Shown: positions 10,155-18,700 of the stretch, in pieces
Position numbering within the stretch: position 1 is the stretch's first letter
Layout of the letters: every line of letters begins with the position of its first letter
NCBI GenBank assembly: GCA_016219925.1
Contig: JACRJU010000013.1
Location: 980 to 64,979, forward strand
From: Candidatus Uhrbacteria bacterium
GTDB taxonomy: Bacteria; Patescibacteriota; Patescibacteriia; UBA9934; GWF2-40-263
Length of the DNA: 64,000 nucleotides
Direction: 5' to 3'
The notes under the pieces: model-generated
Database searches by the model: none
Seen by the model: the letters and a program-made list of their open reading frames with translations, nothing else
Told to the model about the DNA's origin: nothing
Made by a program: the position numbers and the translations under genes

Positions 10155-10436
10155 ATGGAGGAGATTTTGAAGATTTCGATGGACGACGTGGTGGTGAGTC
10201 TGCTCGAACAGCTCCAGCAGGACGTGCGCGCGGCCAAGCGCAACGGCGATGATTCAGAGATGGATCGCTGTCGCGATCAGGCGCTCATTCTCGTCAAAGC
10301 CCTCGAGCAAGGAACGCCCTCGACCGGCCTGAAGGAGCGCATCGAGCGGATCGTGGAGGACGCGGAGCTCCTGCACACTCTGACCGACCATGCTCGCACG
10401 GCCACGTTCCGGGAAATCTACCCCGTGCTCTACTGA
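10155..10436 (+). CDS. hypothetical small helical protein (93 aa) in a GC-rich self-contained cassette
   Basis: The ORF is about 62 % GC against a roughly 50 % GC flank. It has its own promoter-like element upstream and a clean terminator downstream. No recognisable domain. Confidence 0.4.
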   Translation: MEEILKISMDDVVVSLLEQLQQDVRAAKRNGDDSEMDRCRDQALILVKALEQGTPSTGLKERIERIVEDAELLHTLTDHARTATFREIYPVLY

Positions 10437-10438
10437 TC

Positions 10439-10466
10439 CCGACCGCCTGACTGGTCGGTTTTTTTG
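10439..10466 (+). terminator. rho-independent terminator
   Basis: CCGACC-GCCTGACT-GGTCGG hairpin followed by TTTTTTT. Confidence 0.6.
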
Positions 10467-10526
10467 TTCCCTTGCCCTGTTGCCACCCCCCTTTTTTTCT
10501 GTTATGCTGGAAACGATTTTGACTTT

Positions 10527-11129
10527 ATGCCCAATAGCCTGACTGAAGAACAACTCCAGCAGAGATTTGGACCGATCGCGGGCTCTCTCCTTTTTTTCGT
10601 CTTCGAGGTGGTTCAGATTGTTCTTATTTCCGCTGCGATTATTATCCCGATCCGATACTTTTTGATTCAGCCTTTTTATGTGAAAGGGGCGAGCATGGAA
10701 CCGAATTTTTTCGATCATGAGTATTTGATCATTGATGAACTCTCGTATCGTTTTGGGCATCCAGAGCGCGGCGAGATTGTCGTGTTCCGCTATCCGCGCG
10801 ATCCCTCACAGTTTTTTATCAAACGGGTGATCGGTTTGCCCGAAGAGACGGTGGAAGTGGGAGACGGACATGTGGTCGTCTATACGAAAGAACATCCCAA
10901 TGGAGAGGTGCTCGAGGAACCCTATCTGGACGGGGTGCGAACAGGAGGAACGGTCCGTGCCACCCTTGGGGATGATGAATATTATCTGATGGGAGACAAT
11001 CGAGGGGAAAGTCTGGACTCACGCATCTTTGGCTCGGTGAAACGTTCGGCGATCATCGGACGCGTCTGGTTCCGGGGATTACCGCTTTCGCGTATGAGAA
11101 CCTTTCAAGCTCCATCCTATAATCTCTAA
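10527..11129 (+). CDS. lepB: signal peptidase I
   Basis: S26 motifs: GASMEPNF (Ser box), RGEIVVF, and GDNRGESLDSRIFG (box E). Start is at ATG 10527 (MPNSLTEEQ). The 10464 TTG start of the track ORF overlaps the upstream terminator. Confidence 0.88.
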   Translation: MPNSLTEEQLQQRFGPIAGSLLFFVFEVVQIVLISAAIIIPIRYFLIQPFYVKGASMEPNFFDHEYLIIDELSYRFGHPERGEIVVFRYPRDPSQFFIKRVIGLPEETVEVGDGHVVVYTKEHPNGEVLEEPYLDGVRTGGTVRATLGDDEYYLMGDNRGESLDSRIFGSVKRSAIIGRVWFRGLPLSRMRTFQAPSYNL

Positions 11130-11133
11130 ACGT

Positions 11134-12528
11134 ATGAATCCGAAACAACCAGCACTCAAGAAAACAAAGGAGGTGGAGGTCGTAGACGAGGAGGAGGGGA
11201 AAAAATCTAAGAGCGGACCTGAACTCTTGCGCGGTTTCCGCGACATCTTGCCTGAAGAGCAGGGGCGATGGAGTTTTGTGCGCGATACTGTGCGCAGTCT
11301 TGCGCAAGCGTACACATTTGATCGCATTGATTTGCCGATCCTTGAGCGTTCAGATTTATTCCAACGCACCATTGGAAAGGGAACAGACATTATTGAAAAA
11401 GAAATGTATGTCTTTACCGATCCTTCCAATCGCTCCGTTGCTCTGCGTCCAGAGGCAACCGCTTCAGCCGCGCGCGCATACATTGAACATGGTATGTTGG
11501 ATCGACCCCAGCCGGTGAAACTATGGTACCTCGGCCCCATGTTCCGTCATGACCGTCCGCAAGCCGGCCGCTTCCGCCAGTTCTATCAGGCGGGATTTGA
11601 AGTCTTCGGCGGCGAAGAACCGATTATTGATGCGCAGTTGATTCTTATCGGGAAGAAAATTTTTGAGACGTTGGGTATTGATGTGCAAGTACAGATCAAT
11701 TCCATCGGGACTCCCGAATGTCGCCAAGCATACCTTACTGAACTCGTTTCGTACTTCCGTCAATTCCGCAATAAACTTCCAGACGACGATAAACGACGAT
11801 TGCAAAAAAATCCGTTGCGCATTTTGGACAGCAAAGAAGAAGTGACGCTGGGGCTTTTGGAAGGTGCGCCGCAGATTTTGGACTGGTTGGATGAAAAATC
11901 CAAAGAGCACTTCATGAAGACGCTTGAATTTTTGGATGAGGTGGAGGTGCCTTATGTGCTCAATCCGTATCTCGTGCGCGGTCTGGATTATTACACACAC
12001 ACCGTTTTTGAATTTTTGAGTGCGCAAGACGAAGGTGACAAGGCCCAGACCGCGCTTGGCGGCGGCGGCCGTTATGATGGCCTCGTTGGCCTGTTGGGAG
12101 GCCGGCCAACCCCGGCGTGCGGTTTCGCTTTAGGGATCGATCGTATCGCGCGCGCCCTGGCCGATAAAAACATCAACCCTCCGCCATTCCCGCAACCCCA
12201 AGTGTTTTTCGCACAGCTTGGGGACGCCGCGCGACGCGTAGGCTTGCGTTTGTATGAGGAGTTTCGTGTGGCTGGAGTGCCAGTTGCAGAAGCGGCTGGA
12301 AAAAATGCGCTCAAGTCACAGCTCGAAGTTGCGAATAAACTTGGCGTGAAACTCACGCTCATTCTTGGGCAAAAGGAAGTTCTCGATGGCACGATTATCA
12401 TTCGTGATATGGAGTCCGGCGCGCAAGAAACGATTGATTCTAAAAAGATCGTCTCGATCGTTCAACGCAAACTCGGCGGCGATGCCGGAGTGGTCGCGGC
12501 GACCCACTCGCCTGTTGCAGATAGCTAA
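11134..12528 (+). CDS. hisS: histidine--tRNA ligase
   Basis: Class II aaRS motifs. GFRDILPEE, ALRPEATASAARAY, WYLGPMFRHDRPQAGRFRQFYQ. C-terminal anticodon-binding domain. Confidence 0.93.
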   Translation: MNPKQPALKKTKEVEVVDEEEGKKSKSGPELLRGFRDILPEEQGRWSFVRDTVRSLAQAYTFDRIDLPILERSDLFQRTIGKGTDIIEKEMYVFTDPSNRSVALRPEATASAARAYIEHGMLDRPQPVKLWYLGPMFRHDRPQAGRFRQFYQAGFEVFGGEEPIIDAQLILIGKKIFETLGIDVQVQINSIGTPECRQAYLTELVSYFRQFRNKLPDDDKRRLQKNPLRILDSKEEVTLGLLEGAPQILDWLDEKSKEHFMKTLEFLDEVEVPYVLNPYLVRGLDYYTHTVFEFLSAQDEGDKAQTALGGGGRYDGLVGLLGGRPTPACGFALGIDRIARALADKNINPPPFPQPQVFFAQLGDAARRVGLRLYEEFRVAGVPVAEAAGKNALKSQLEVANKLGVKLTLILGQKEVLDGTIIIRDMESGAQETIDSKKIVSIVQRKLGGDAGVVAATHSPVADS

Positions 12529-12598
12529 ACTTGACAAAAGAGGCCTGTTTTGGCACGATGCCATCGCTTAATCCCTAATAATAAGGAGTCGAAAACCT

Positions 12599-12841
12599 GT
12601 GGTAGAAGTGAAACGAAAGAAAACCGAAAGCTTTGAAAGCTTGCTACGCCGATTCAGCCGTCGCTTGCAACAGAGTGGAAACGCTCTTGAAGCGCGCAAG
12701 ATCCGATTCTTCGCGGTTGACCCCAACAAGAATAAACAGCGCGCCAGCGCCCTGCGCCGAAATCAGATTCGCCTCAAGCGCGAATACTTGGAGCGCATCG
12801 GTCAGCTCAAGGATGAGCCCCGCAAAACCGGTCGCCGCTAA
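12599..12841 (+). CDS. rpsU: 30S ribosomal protein S21
   Basis: GTG start with AAGGAG 10 nt upstream. VEVKRKKTESFESLLRRFSRRLQQSG...KREYLE matches the S21 pattern. Confidence 0.88.
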   Translation: MVEVKRKKTESFESLLRRFSRRLQQSGNALEARKIRFFAVDPNKNKQRASALRRNQIRLKREYLERIGQLKDEPRKTGRR

Positions 12842-12850
12842 CGTGTCTGC

Positions 12851-13618
12851 GTGACACGCCCTGATATGTCTCTTGCAAACCGCATCAGCGATGACATGAA
12901 GGAGGCCATGAAAACCAAAAACAGCGCAACGCTTTCCACGTTGCGTTTGTTGCGTTCCGCGATGAAGAACAAACAGATCGATGTTCAACATGAATTGTCT
13001 GATGAGGAAATTTTAGCGGTCATCAAAACATCCGTGAAACAACTGCGCGATAGTATCGAATCTTTTGAGAGCGGCGGTCGGCAAGATTTGGCGCAAAGCG
13101 CGCGTGGGGAAGTGATCGTCCTTGAAGCTTACTTGCCTGCACAGCTTACAGATGAACAGCTTGAAAGGATGGTGAAGGAAGCCATCACACAGACGGGGGC
13201 AACCAGTAAACAAGACATGGGCAAGGTGATGGGAGCGGCCGTCAAGGCGGTTTCTGGCGGGGCAGATGGATCGCGCATCAAACAGATAGTCGAAAAATTT
13301 TTGCCGGTTATCGTTTTGGTCGGACTCACAGGTGTGCTGGTCGTTCATCCGGCACAAGCCGCCATTGATATCTTGCCGGTCCAGCTTTCGCAGTATTCCC
13401 TGTTTGAGACACTTGTGCGGATCTTGCGCGTCTTGCTCTTGTGGTTTGGCGTGCTCGCGATCAACATGATTTTACACGGCGGGTTTCTTTACATGGTGTC
13501 TTCCATGCGCGATGAGAACCATGCCAAAGCGTGGACTAAAATTGCAACAGGATTTTTGACTTCCTTGGCAATCGTCTTTTTGTATGGGATTGCGACAATT
13601 GTGATTGAAGTCATGTAG
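12851..13618 (+). CDS. GatB/YqeY-domain protein fused in-frame to a C-terminal signal-peptide plus two-helix pilin-like (tentatively TrbC/VirB2-like) membrane module
   Basis: Residues 1-150 match the YqeY domain (ANRISDDMKEAMKTKNSATLSTLRLLRSAMKNKQID...). From EKFL|PVIVLVGLTGVLVVHPAQAA onward the sequence is hydrophobic. It contains HGGFLYMVSS...AKAWTKIATGFLTSLAIVFLYGIATIV, homologous to the N-termini of the next two genes. Confidence 0.7.
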   Translation: MTRPDMSLANRISDDMKEAMKTKNSATLSTLRLLRSAMKNKQIDVQHELSDEEILAVIKTSVKQLRDSIESFESGGRQDLAQSARGEVIVLEAYLPAQLTDEQLERMVKEAITQTGATSKQDMGKVMGAAVKAVSGGADGSRIKQIVEKFLPVIVLVGLTGVLVVHPAQAAIDILPVQLSQYSLFETLVRILRVLLLWFGVLAINMILHGGFLYMVSSMRDENHAKAWTKIATGFLTSLAIVFLYGIATIVIEVM

Positions 13619-13646
13619 AGACCTCTGCCAAACTCGCGATCTCGGT

Positions 13647-13683
13647 AGAAAGAAAGAAGAATAAACCTTCTTTCTTTTTTTTC
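13647..13683 (+). terminator. rho-independent terminator
   Basis: GAAAGAAAGAAG-AATAAACC-TTCTTTCTTT hairpin followed by a T-run. Confidence 0.6.
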
Positions 13684-13744
13684 ACTTACGCTATCCACAC
13701 GTCCCTACTCTCGTCACTGCAAATGCGCTAAAATAGGAGCAGAC

Positions 13745-15598
13745 ATGCAGTGCATCCGCATGAAATTCAAAAATCGAGCAGCGGCAGCGTTAGGTGTGCT
13801 GTCTTTTTGCGTTCTCGGATTGATCGTTTTAGGACATCCGGCTTTCGCGCAGGATTTCTTGAGTCAGTCTGCGCAGACCTCTGGACTTCCACAGACAGAT
13901 TTGATCGTTGTGATTGCTCGTCTCATTCGGGCGTTTCTCGGAATTCTCGGGATTATTTTTGTCGTTTTGGTTATTTATGCGGGATACCTGTACATGACTT
14001 CTCAAGGTGATCCCACAAAAACAGCAAAAGCCAAAAAAATTATCAGCCAGGCCGTCATTGGCCTTATCATCATCTTGGCTTCCTTCGCGATCGTTTCTTT
14101 TGTCTTGGACGCTCTGTTAAAAAAGCCGAACGGGCAGATTAAGAGTTCACCGCCGGTGGAAAAGTATTATGAGCCGCTTTCCGGCGCCCTTGGGGCCGGT
14201 ATTGTTGAGAGTCATTACCCGCCACGCAACGCGTACGACATTCCGCGTAACACGAAAGTTTTCATCACTTTTAAGGAACCGATTGATCCGGCGTCCTTAA
14301 TCGATGGGTACAAGAAGGCACTCAGTGAAAAAGATCCGAATCAAGCCAAAGTCCTCAACACGACAAACGTGTGGTTGTATGAGACGGCAAAAGGGAAGGA
14401 CAAAAAATTGGCTTCGGTAGCCGTGAATGTCGCCACTAACGAAAAACACACGATTTTCGTTTTTGACCCCGTGGATCTTTTGGGAGATTCGGCGCAAAAC
14501 ACGAACTACACCTTCTCGCTTCAATCGGGGATTAAAAAGGATGATGGGAAAAATGCCTTTACCGGGGTGTATGCTTCCGGTTATGAGTGGACGTTCCAAG
14601 TCTCGACGAAACTTGATCTCACTCCACCGAAGGTAATTTCGGTTATTCCAAAACAGGACGCCAATGAACCCCGTAATACGACCATCGAAATTCAGTTCAA
14701 TGAAGCGATGGATCCAATTGCTTCTGCCGGTTCTTACCTTATCGGTATCGGTAAAGATCCCTTGTTCACCAACATCGCGGTCCTTGGGGCGGGACCAAAA
14801 AATGTGGAGGGGACGTATGAGATTAGTAGCGGATATCAAACGGTAGGGTTTACCACGACTGACGCGTGTGCGAAGGATCCTTGCGGTGACACGATCTATT
14901 GTCTTCCCGGTAATCAAAAATTTAGTGTCACGGCACGCGCGGCCACGCTTGATCCCTCCAGTCCTCCTCAAGCAAAGTTGGAAGGAGTTTCTTATGATGG
15001 ACTTACGGATGCCGCTGGCAACTCCCTTGACGGAAGTGGCGATGGCATCGCCTGTGGCTCGGATCAAGACAAGATCGCCTGCGCGGGTGGCGCGGCCAAC
15101 GACAATTATGCCTGGGGGTTCACCACAACCGCTGAGGTCAATAGCACGGTTCCGCAAGTGACCACGCTGACCCCCAGCGTGGATGGAGAAAATATCGATC
15201 CTAACAAGCCGATCGAGATTGGAGTGAGCACAGCGGTCAAATCATCGAGTGTGAACAGCAACACCGCGTCGCTTTGGCCGGATCCTCTCTATAAAGATAA
15301 ACAAGGGAAGATGTTTGCCATGTGGTTTGATCCTGACGCGGACAATTCAACCGGAAAAGGTTTGATTTCCATTGGACACCCGGCGTTTATCAGCAATGCC
15401 GAGGGAGGGTATGAGTACTATCCGGTTTTGACGCAGGGGATTAAGAGCGCGTATCAGATTTGTTTGTATCCAGCCACCCAACAGGGCGGGGCTTGCAATG
15501 GCGCGGATTCAACACAGCCCTATTGTTGCAACGGGAAGCCCTCGGCTGGTCCGTGCAAGACGAAAAAGGCTAAGGGGATTTTGCCGGGTAACGAATAA
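13745..15598 (+). CDS. secreted or cell-surface protein. N-terminal signal peptide plus pilin-like two-helix module, then Ig-like (SbsA/Big-type) domains and a Cys-rich C-terminal tail
   Basis: AGGAG RBS 6 nt upstream. Signal peptide ...LGHPAFAQ. LIRAFLGILGIIFVVLVIYAGYLYMTSQGDPTKTAKAKKIISQAVIGLIIILASFAIV module. LTPPKVISVIPKQDANEPRNTTIEIQFNEAMDP Ig-like repeats. Confidence 0.8.
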   Translation: MQCIRMKFKNRAAAALGVLSFCVLGLIVLGHPAFAQDFLSQSAQTSGLPQTDLIVVIARLIRAFLGILGIIFVVLVIYAGYLYMTSQGDPTKTAKAKKIISQAVIGLIIILASFAIVSFVLDALLKKPNGQIKSSPPVEKYYEPLSGALGAGIVESHYPPRNAYDIPRNTKVFITFKEPIDPASLIDGYKKALSEKDPNQAKVLNTTNVWLYETAKGKDKKLASVAVNVATNEKHTIFVFDPVDLLGDSAQNTNYTFSLQSGIKKDDGKNAFTGVYASGYEWTFQVSTKLDLTPPKVISVIPKQDANEPRNTTIEIQFNEAMDPIASAGSYLIGIGKDPLFTNIAVLGAGPKNVEGTYEISSGYQTVGFTTTDACAKDPCGDTIYCLPGNQKFSVTARAATLDPSSPPQAKLEGVSYDGLTDAAGNSLDGSGDGIACGSDQDKIACAGGAANDNYAWGFTTTAEVNSTVPQVTTLTPSVDGENIDPNKPIEIGVSTAVKSSSVNSNTASLWPDPLYKDKQGKMFAMWFDPDADNSTGKGLISIGHPAFISNAEGGYEYYPVLTQGIKSAYQICLYPATQQGGACNGADSTQPYCCNGKPSAGPCKTKKAKGILPGNE

Positions 15599-15725
15599 GA
15601 CCTCTGCAAAACTCGCGATCTTTGCTCTCACGTGCGCCCGTTGACCCCGCTCTCCCTACGTTTCAGTAGGGTTCGCGGGGATCAACAGCCCGTTTGAGCA
15701 AATCTCATCGAGTTTTGCAGAGGTC
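15599..15725. repeat. ~127-nt palindromic, highly structured intergenic element
   Basis: A 17-bp perfect inverted repeat: GACCTCTGCAAAACTCG (15599-15615) pairs with CGAGTTTTGCAGAGGTC (15709-15725). Inside are nested hairpins: TTGCTC/GAGCAA, TTGACCCCGC/GCGGGGATCAA, and CCCTAC-GTTTCA-GTAGGG. The left arm is a copy of the 22-nt motif that follows the stop of the upstream paralog at 13619-13642. Confidence 0.7.
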
Positions 15726-15738
15726 TCAAATACACTGC

Positions 15739-18700
15739 ATGAAGTTTTCTTTTCGATCATTAATTAAAGGATTTCTGCTCGCCCTGGCCGGCGCGGGTGC
15801 GCTCTTGGCGCTTCCCGCTCTTGCTCAGGTTGATCTTGGAGCTCTGAAAGCGTTTGGAGAGGCGGCGGGGTTCAGCACCGGCCCTTCCGTCACGCTTATC
15901 ATCGCCCGACTGATTCGCACCGCGCTTTCGTTCGTCGGGATTGTGGTTGTGATCATGGTTGTTTACGGAGGATTTTTGTACATGACGTCCGGCGGCAATG
16001 CCACACGTCTTGAAAAAGCCAAAAAGATTTTGATTCAAGCGGTCATCGGACTCCTGATCGTCCTTTCCTCGTTTGTGATTGTGCAGTTCATCATTTCTCG
16101 CATGGTGGAAGCAACCGGGGGAGGGGTTTCTTCATCGCAAAGCGGTCCGGGCGACTATCCAGATGGAACCACTCTGACATCGTTTCATCTCTCTTCGGTT
16201 AATACCCAGTGTGCTGCAGCTCTGAATAATTTACAGCTTCAGCTCGTTTTTTCAAAGGACGTAAATCCAGCAACGGTCTCGGCGGCGCTCGGCATCAAAA
16301 AACAAGGGGGCGGACCTGTCGAAGGAACGTTTGTTACAAGCGGCAGTCTCGTAACATTTACCCCATCGACTTCCTGTCCGGCACCGAATCCTCAAGCGAA
16401 ATGTTTTGATCCAAATGCTCAGAGTGCAACTTACAATCTCGTCGTGAATGCCGGTGTCTTGAAATCATCAAGCGGCGCAACGCTGAAGTGTACGACTGAA
16501 TTCCCGTGTTCGTTTACGTTTACCACAGGGACGGGAGTTGATGTGGCGGCTCCGACACTCTTCATGAGCGCTCCGGGCGACGGACAGTCTGTGGCCGCTG
16601 GGACGATTCAAATGTTGCAGGCAAAAACGCAGGATGACACCGGCGTTTCGAGCGTTGATTTTTATGCGGTGAATGACGACAGTCCTCTATTTACGTCTGG
16701 TTTAAATCTCTCGACCGCTGGGACGATTGTTGGTGGCAACCAGAACAATGCGTTTTCCACCGATCCCCAGCTCCAGTGGAATACCGCCGGTTACACCATA
16801 AACAAGAGCTATCCGCTTTGGGCGCGCGCGCTCGATTGCGCGGGTAATGCAACGGTTTCTACCAAAATTTCCGCGATGGTGAGAGGACCTAATTGCGACA
16901 ATGACGTCCAGGACGTTGATTTGGGCGAGACGGGTGTGGATTGTGGAGGCGATCCCGTTTCGGAATTTTATTGCGGAAAGTGTGATGAGCAAACCTGTAC
17001 GCAAAATAATGAGTGCGCTTCGGGTTTGTGTGAAAATGGAGTCTGCGTCAGCAAGCCACGCATTGATCAAGTTTCTCCCGGCGATGGAAAATCGGGGAAC
17101 CTCGTGACGATTTTTGGAGACGGATTTGAGGACGTAGGTGGAACGGTGACGTTTCTTGGAGGCGCGAGCGTGAGCACATCGGCGTATGCGTGCAACGGAA
17201 ATGTTTCTTGGAAAAAGAAGCAGATCGTGGTTCAGGTGCCGGAGGGAGCGCAAGATGGTCCGATTGAAGTAGCGACCGTTGGAGCAAAGAAAAAAACCGA
17301 TCGAACGGATGATGCGTTTGGTCCCCTTTCATCAGATTTTGATATCAACGCCGTTGCCCGTCCTGGATTATGTCTGGTAGATCCCGGCACCGCCAAGCCG
17401 GGAGCGCAGGTCAGCTTTTTCGGGTTAGGTTTTGGGGCCGTTCAGGGAGCTTCGAGCCTCTATTTTAAAGATGTCGTTTCGCCTTCTATTGTTTCTTGGG
17501 CCGATAAGCTCGTCAAAGGGGCTGTTCCAAACATGAATGCCGCTCCGATTACGACGCAGATTTTTTCTGGAACGTATCAGTGTGTGGATGACAAATTGCA
17601 ACAGATCGGCAAAACGTGTCAGCAGGATGAGGAGTGTGGAGAGGGGAACACCTGCGCAAAGAAATGGTGCACGGAAACGCTCGCTTATTGTTCGGACGAT
17701 GTCTCATGCGGGGTGCAAGGAGGCAAATGTCGCAGTGTCCGCGTTGGATCCAATGGTCTCAATTTCGTCGTTGGATCGTCAGCGGGCGACACGGAAAAAC
17801 CGGTGATCACTTATCTGGATTCAGGATGGTCTTCTTGCAACGGTGGGGCCAATAATGGAAAACATTGTGGCACGAAAGCGGATTGTGGTGATGGGGAATG
17901 TAAGGGCGCCCCTAACTGGGGACCTTCCGATCAGTATGTCACCATTTTTGGCACAGGCTTCGGGACGGCTAAGGGTCAAGTTTTCTTTACGAATGCCGCC
18001 GGACAAACCGCTCTTGCCAAAACGAATTTTCCGGAAATCTGTGGCGATGATTTTTGGAAGGATACGAGCGTGACGGTGAAAGTTCCGGACAGTCTTCAGG
18101 CGGGCGGGGCTGTGGACCCGGGAAATTATCAAGTGACGGTCAAAAAAGGGCCGGTCAGTTCCAATGGCGTAGATTTTGTCGTTGTGAAAGATCAACCCGG
18201 CCCGGCGATTTGTCATATTGATCCTCTCTCCGGTCCGGTCACGACGACGAAGGTTCAGGTATTTGGAGAAAATTTGGGAAATGAAAAAGGGGCGATCGCT
18301 TTTTACGATAAACAAAATGCGGATTATCTTTTCTGGAATTCAACGCAAGTGACTGATGCGGTCGTCCCCAAGGAAGCCAAGACCGGTCCTTTGGCCGCTG
18401 TTTCAAAAGTCGGTTATCGGTCCAACCCTGTATCCTTCACCGTTGGAAGTTGTCAGGAAAATGTCTCCTGTCCGGCCAACACGCAGTGCTGCGGGGACGG
18501 TTCCTGCAAAAAATCCTGCAACTTTATCCCGCCTGTTGCCAATTTTGCCTACCGAGTCTCGACAGGTTTGATCCCCAAAGCTCCGCAGATTCTTCCGTTG
18601 TGCAACGATAACGTGAAATCGCCAAGCCCGTGGGAATCGTGGCCAGATTCAAAAACCGTCTGTCGAAATTCGGTTGTTACAGCGACGTTTGATTTGATGA

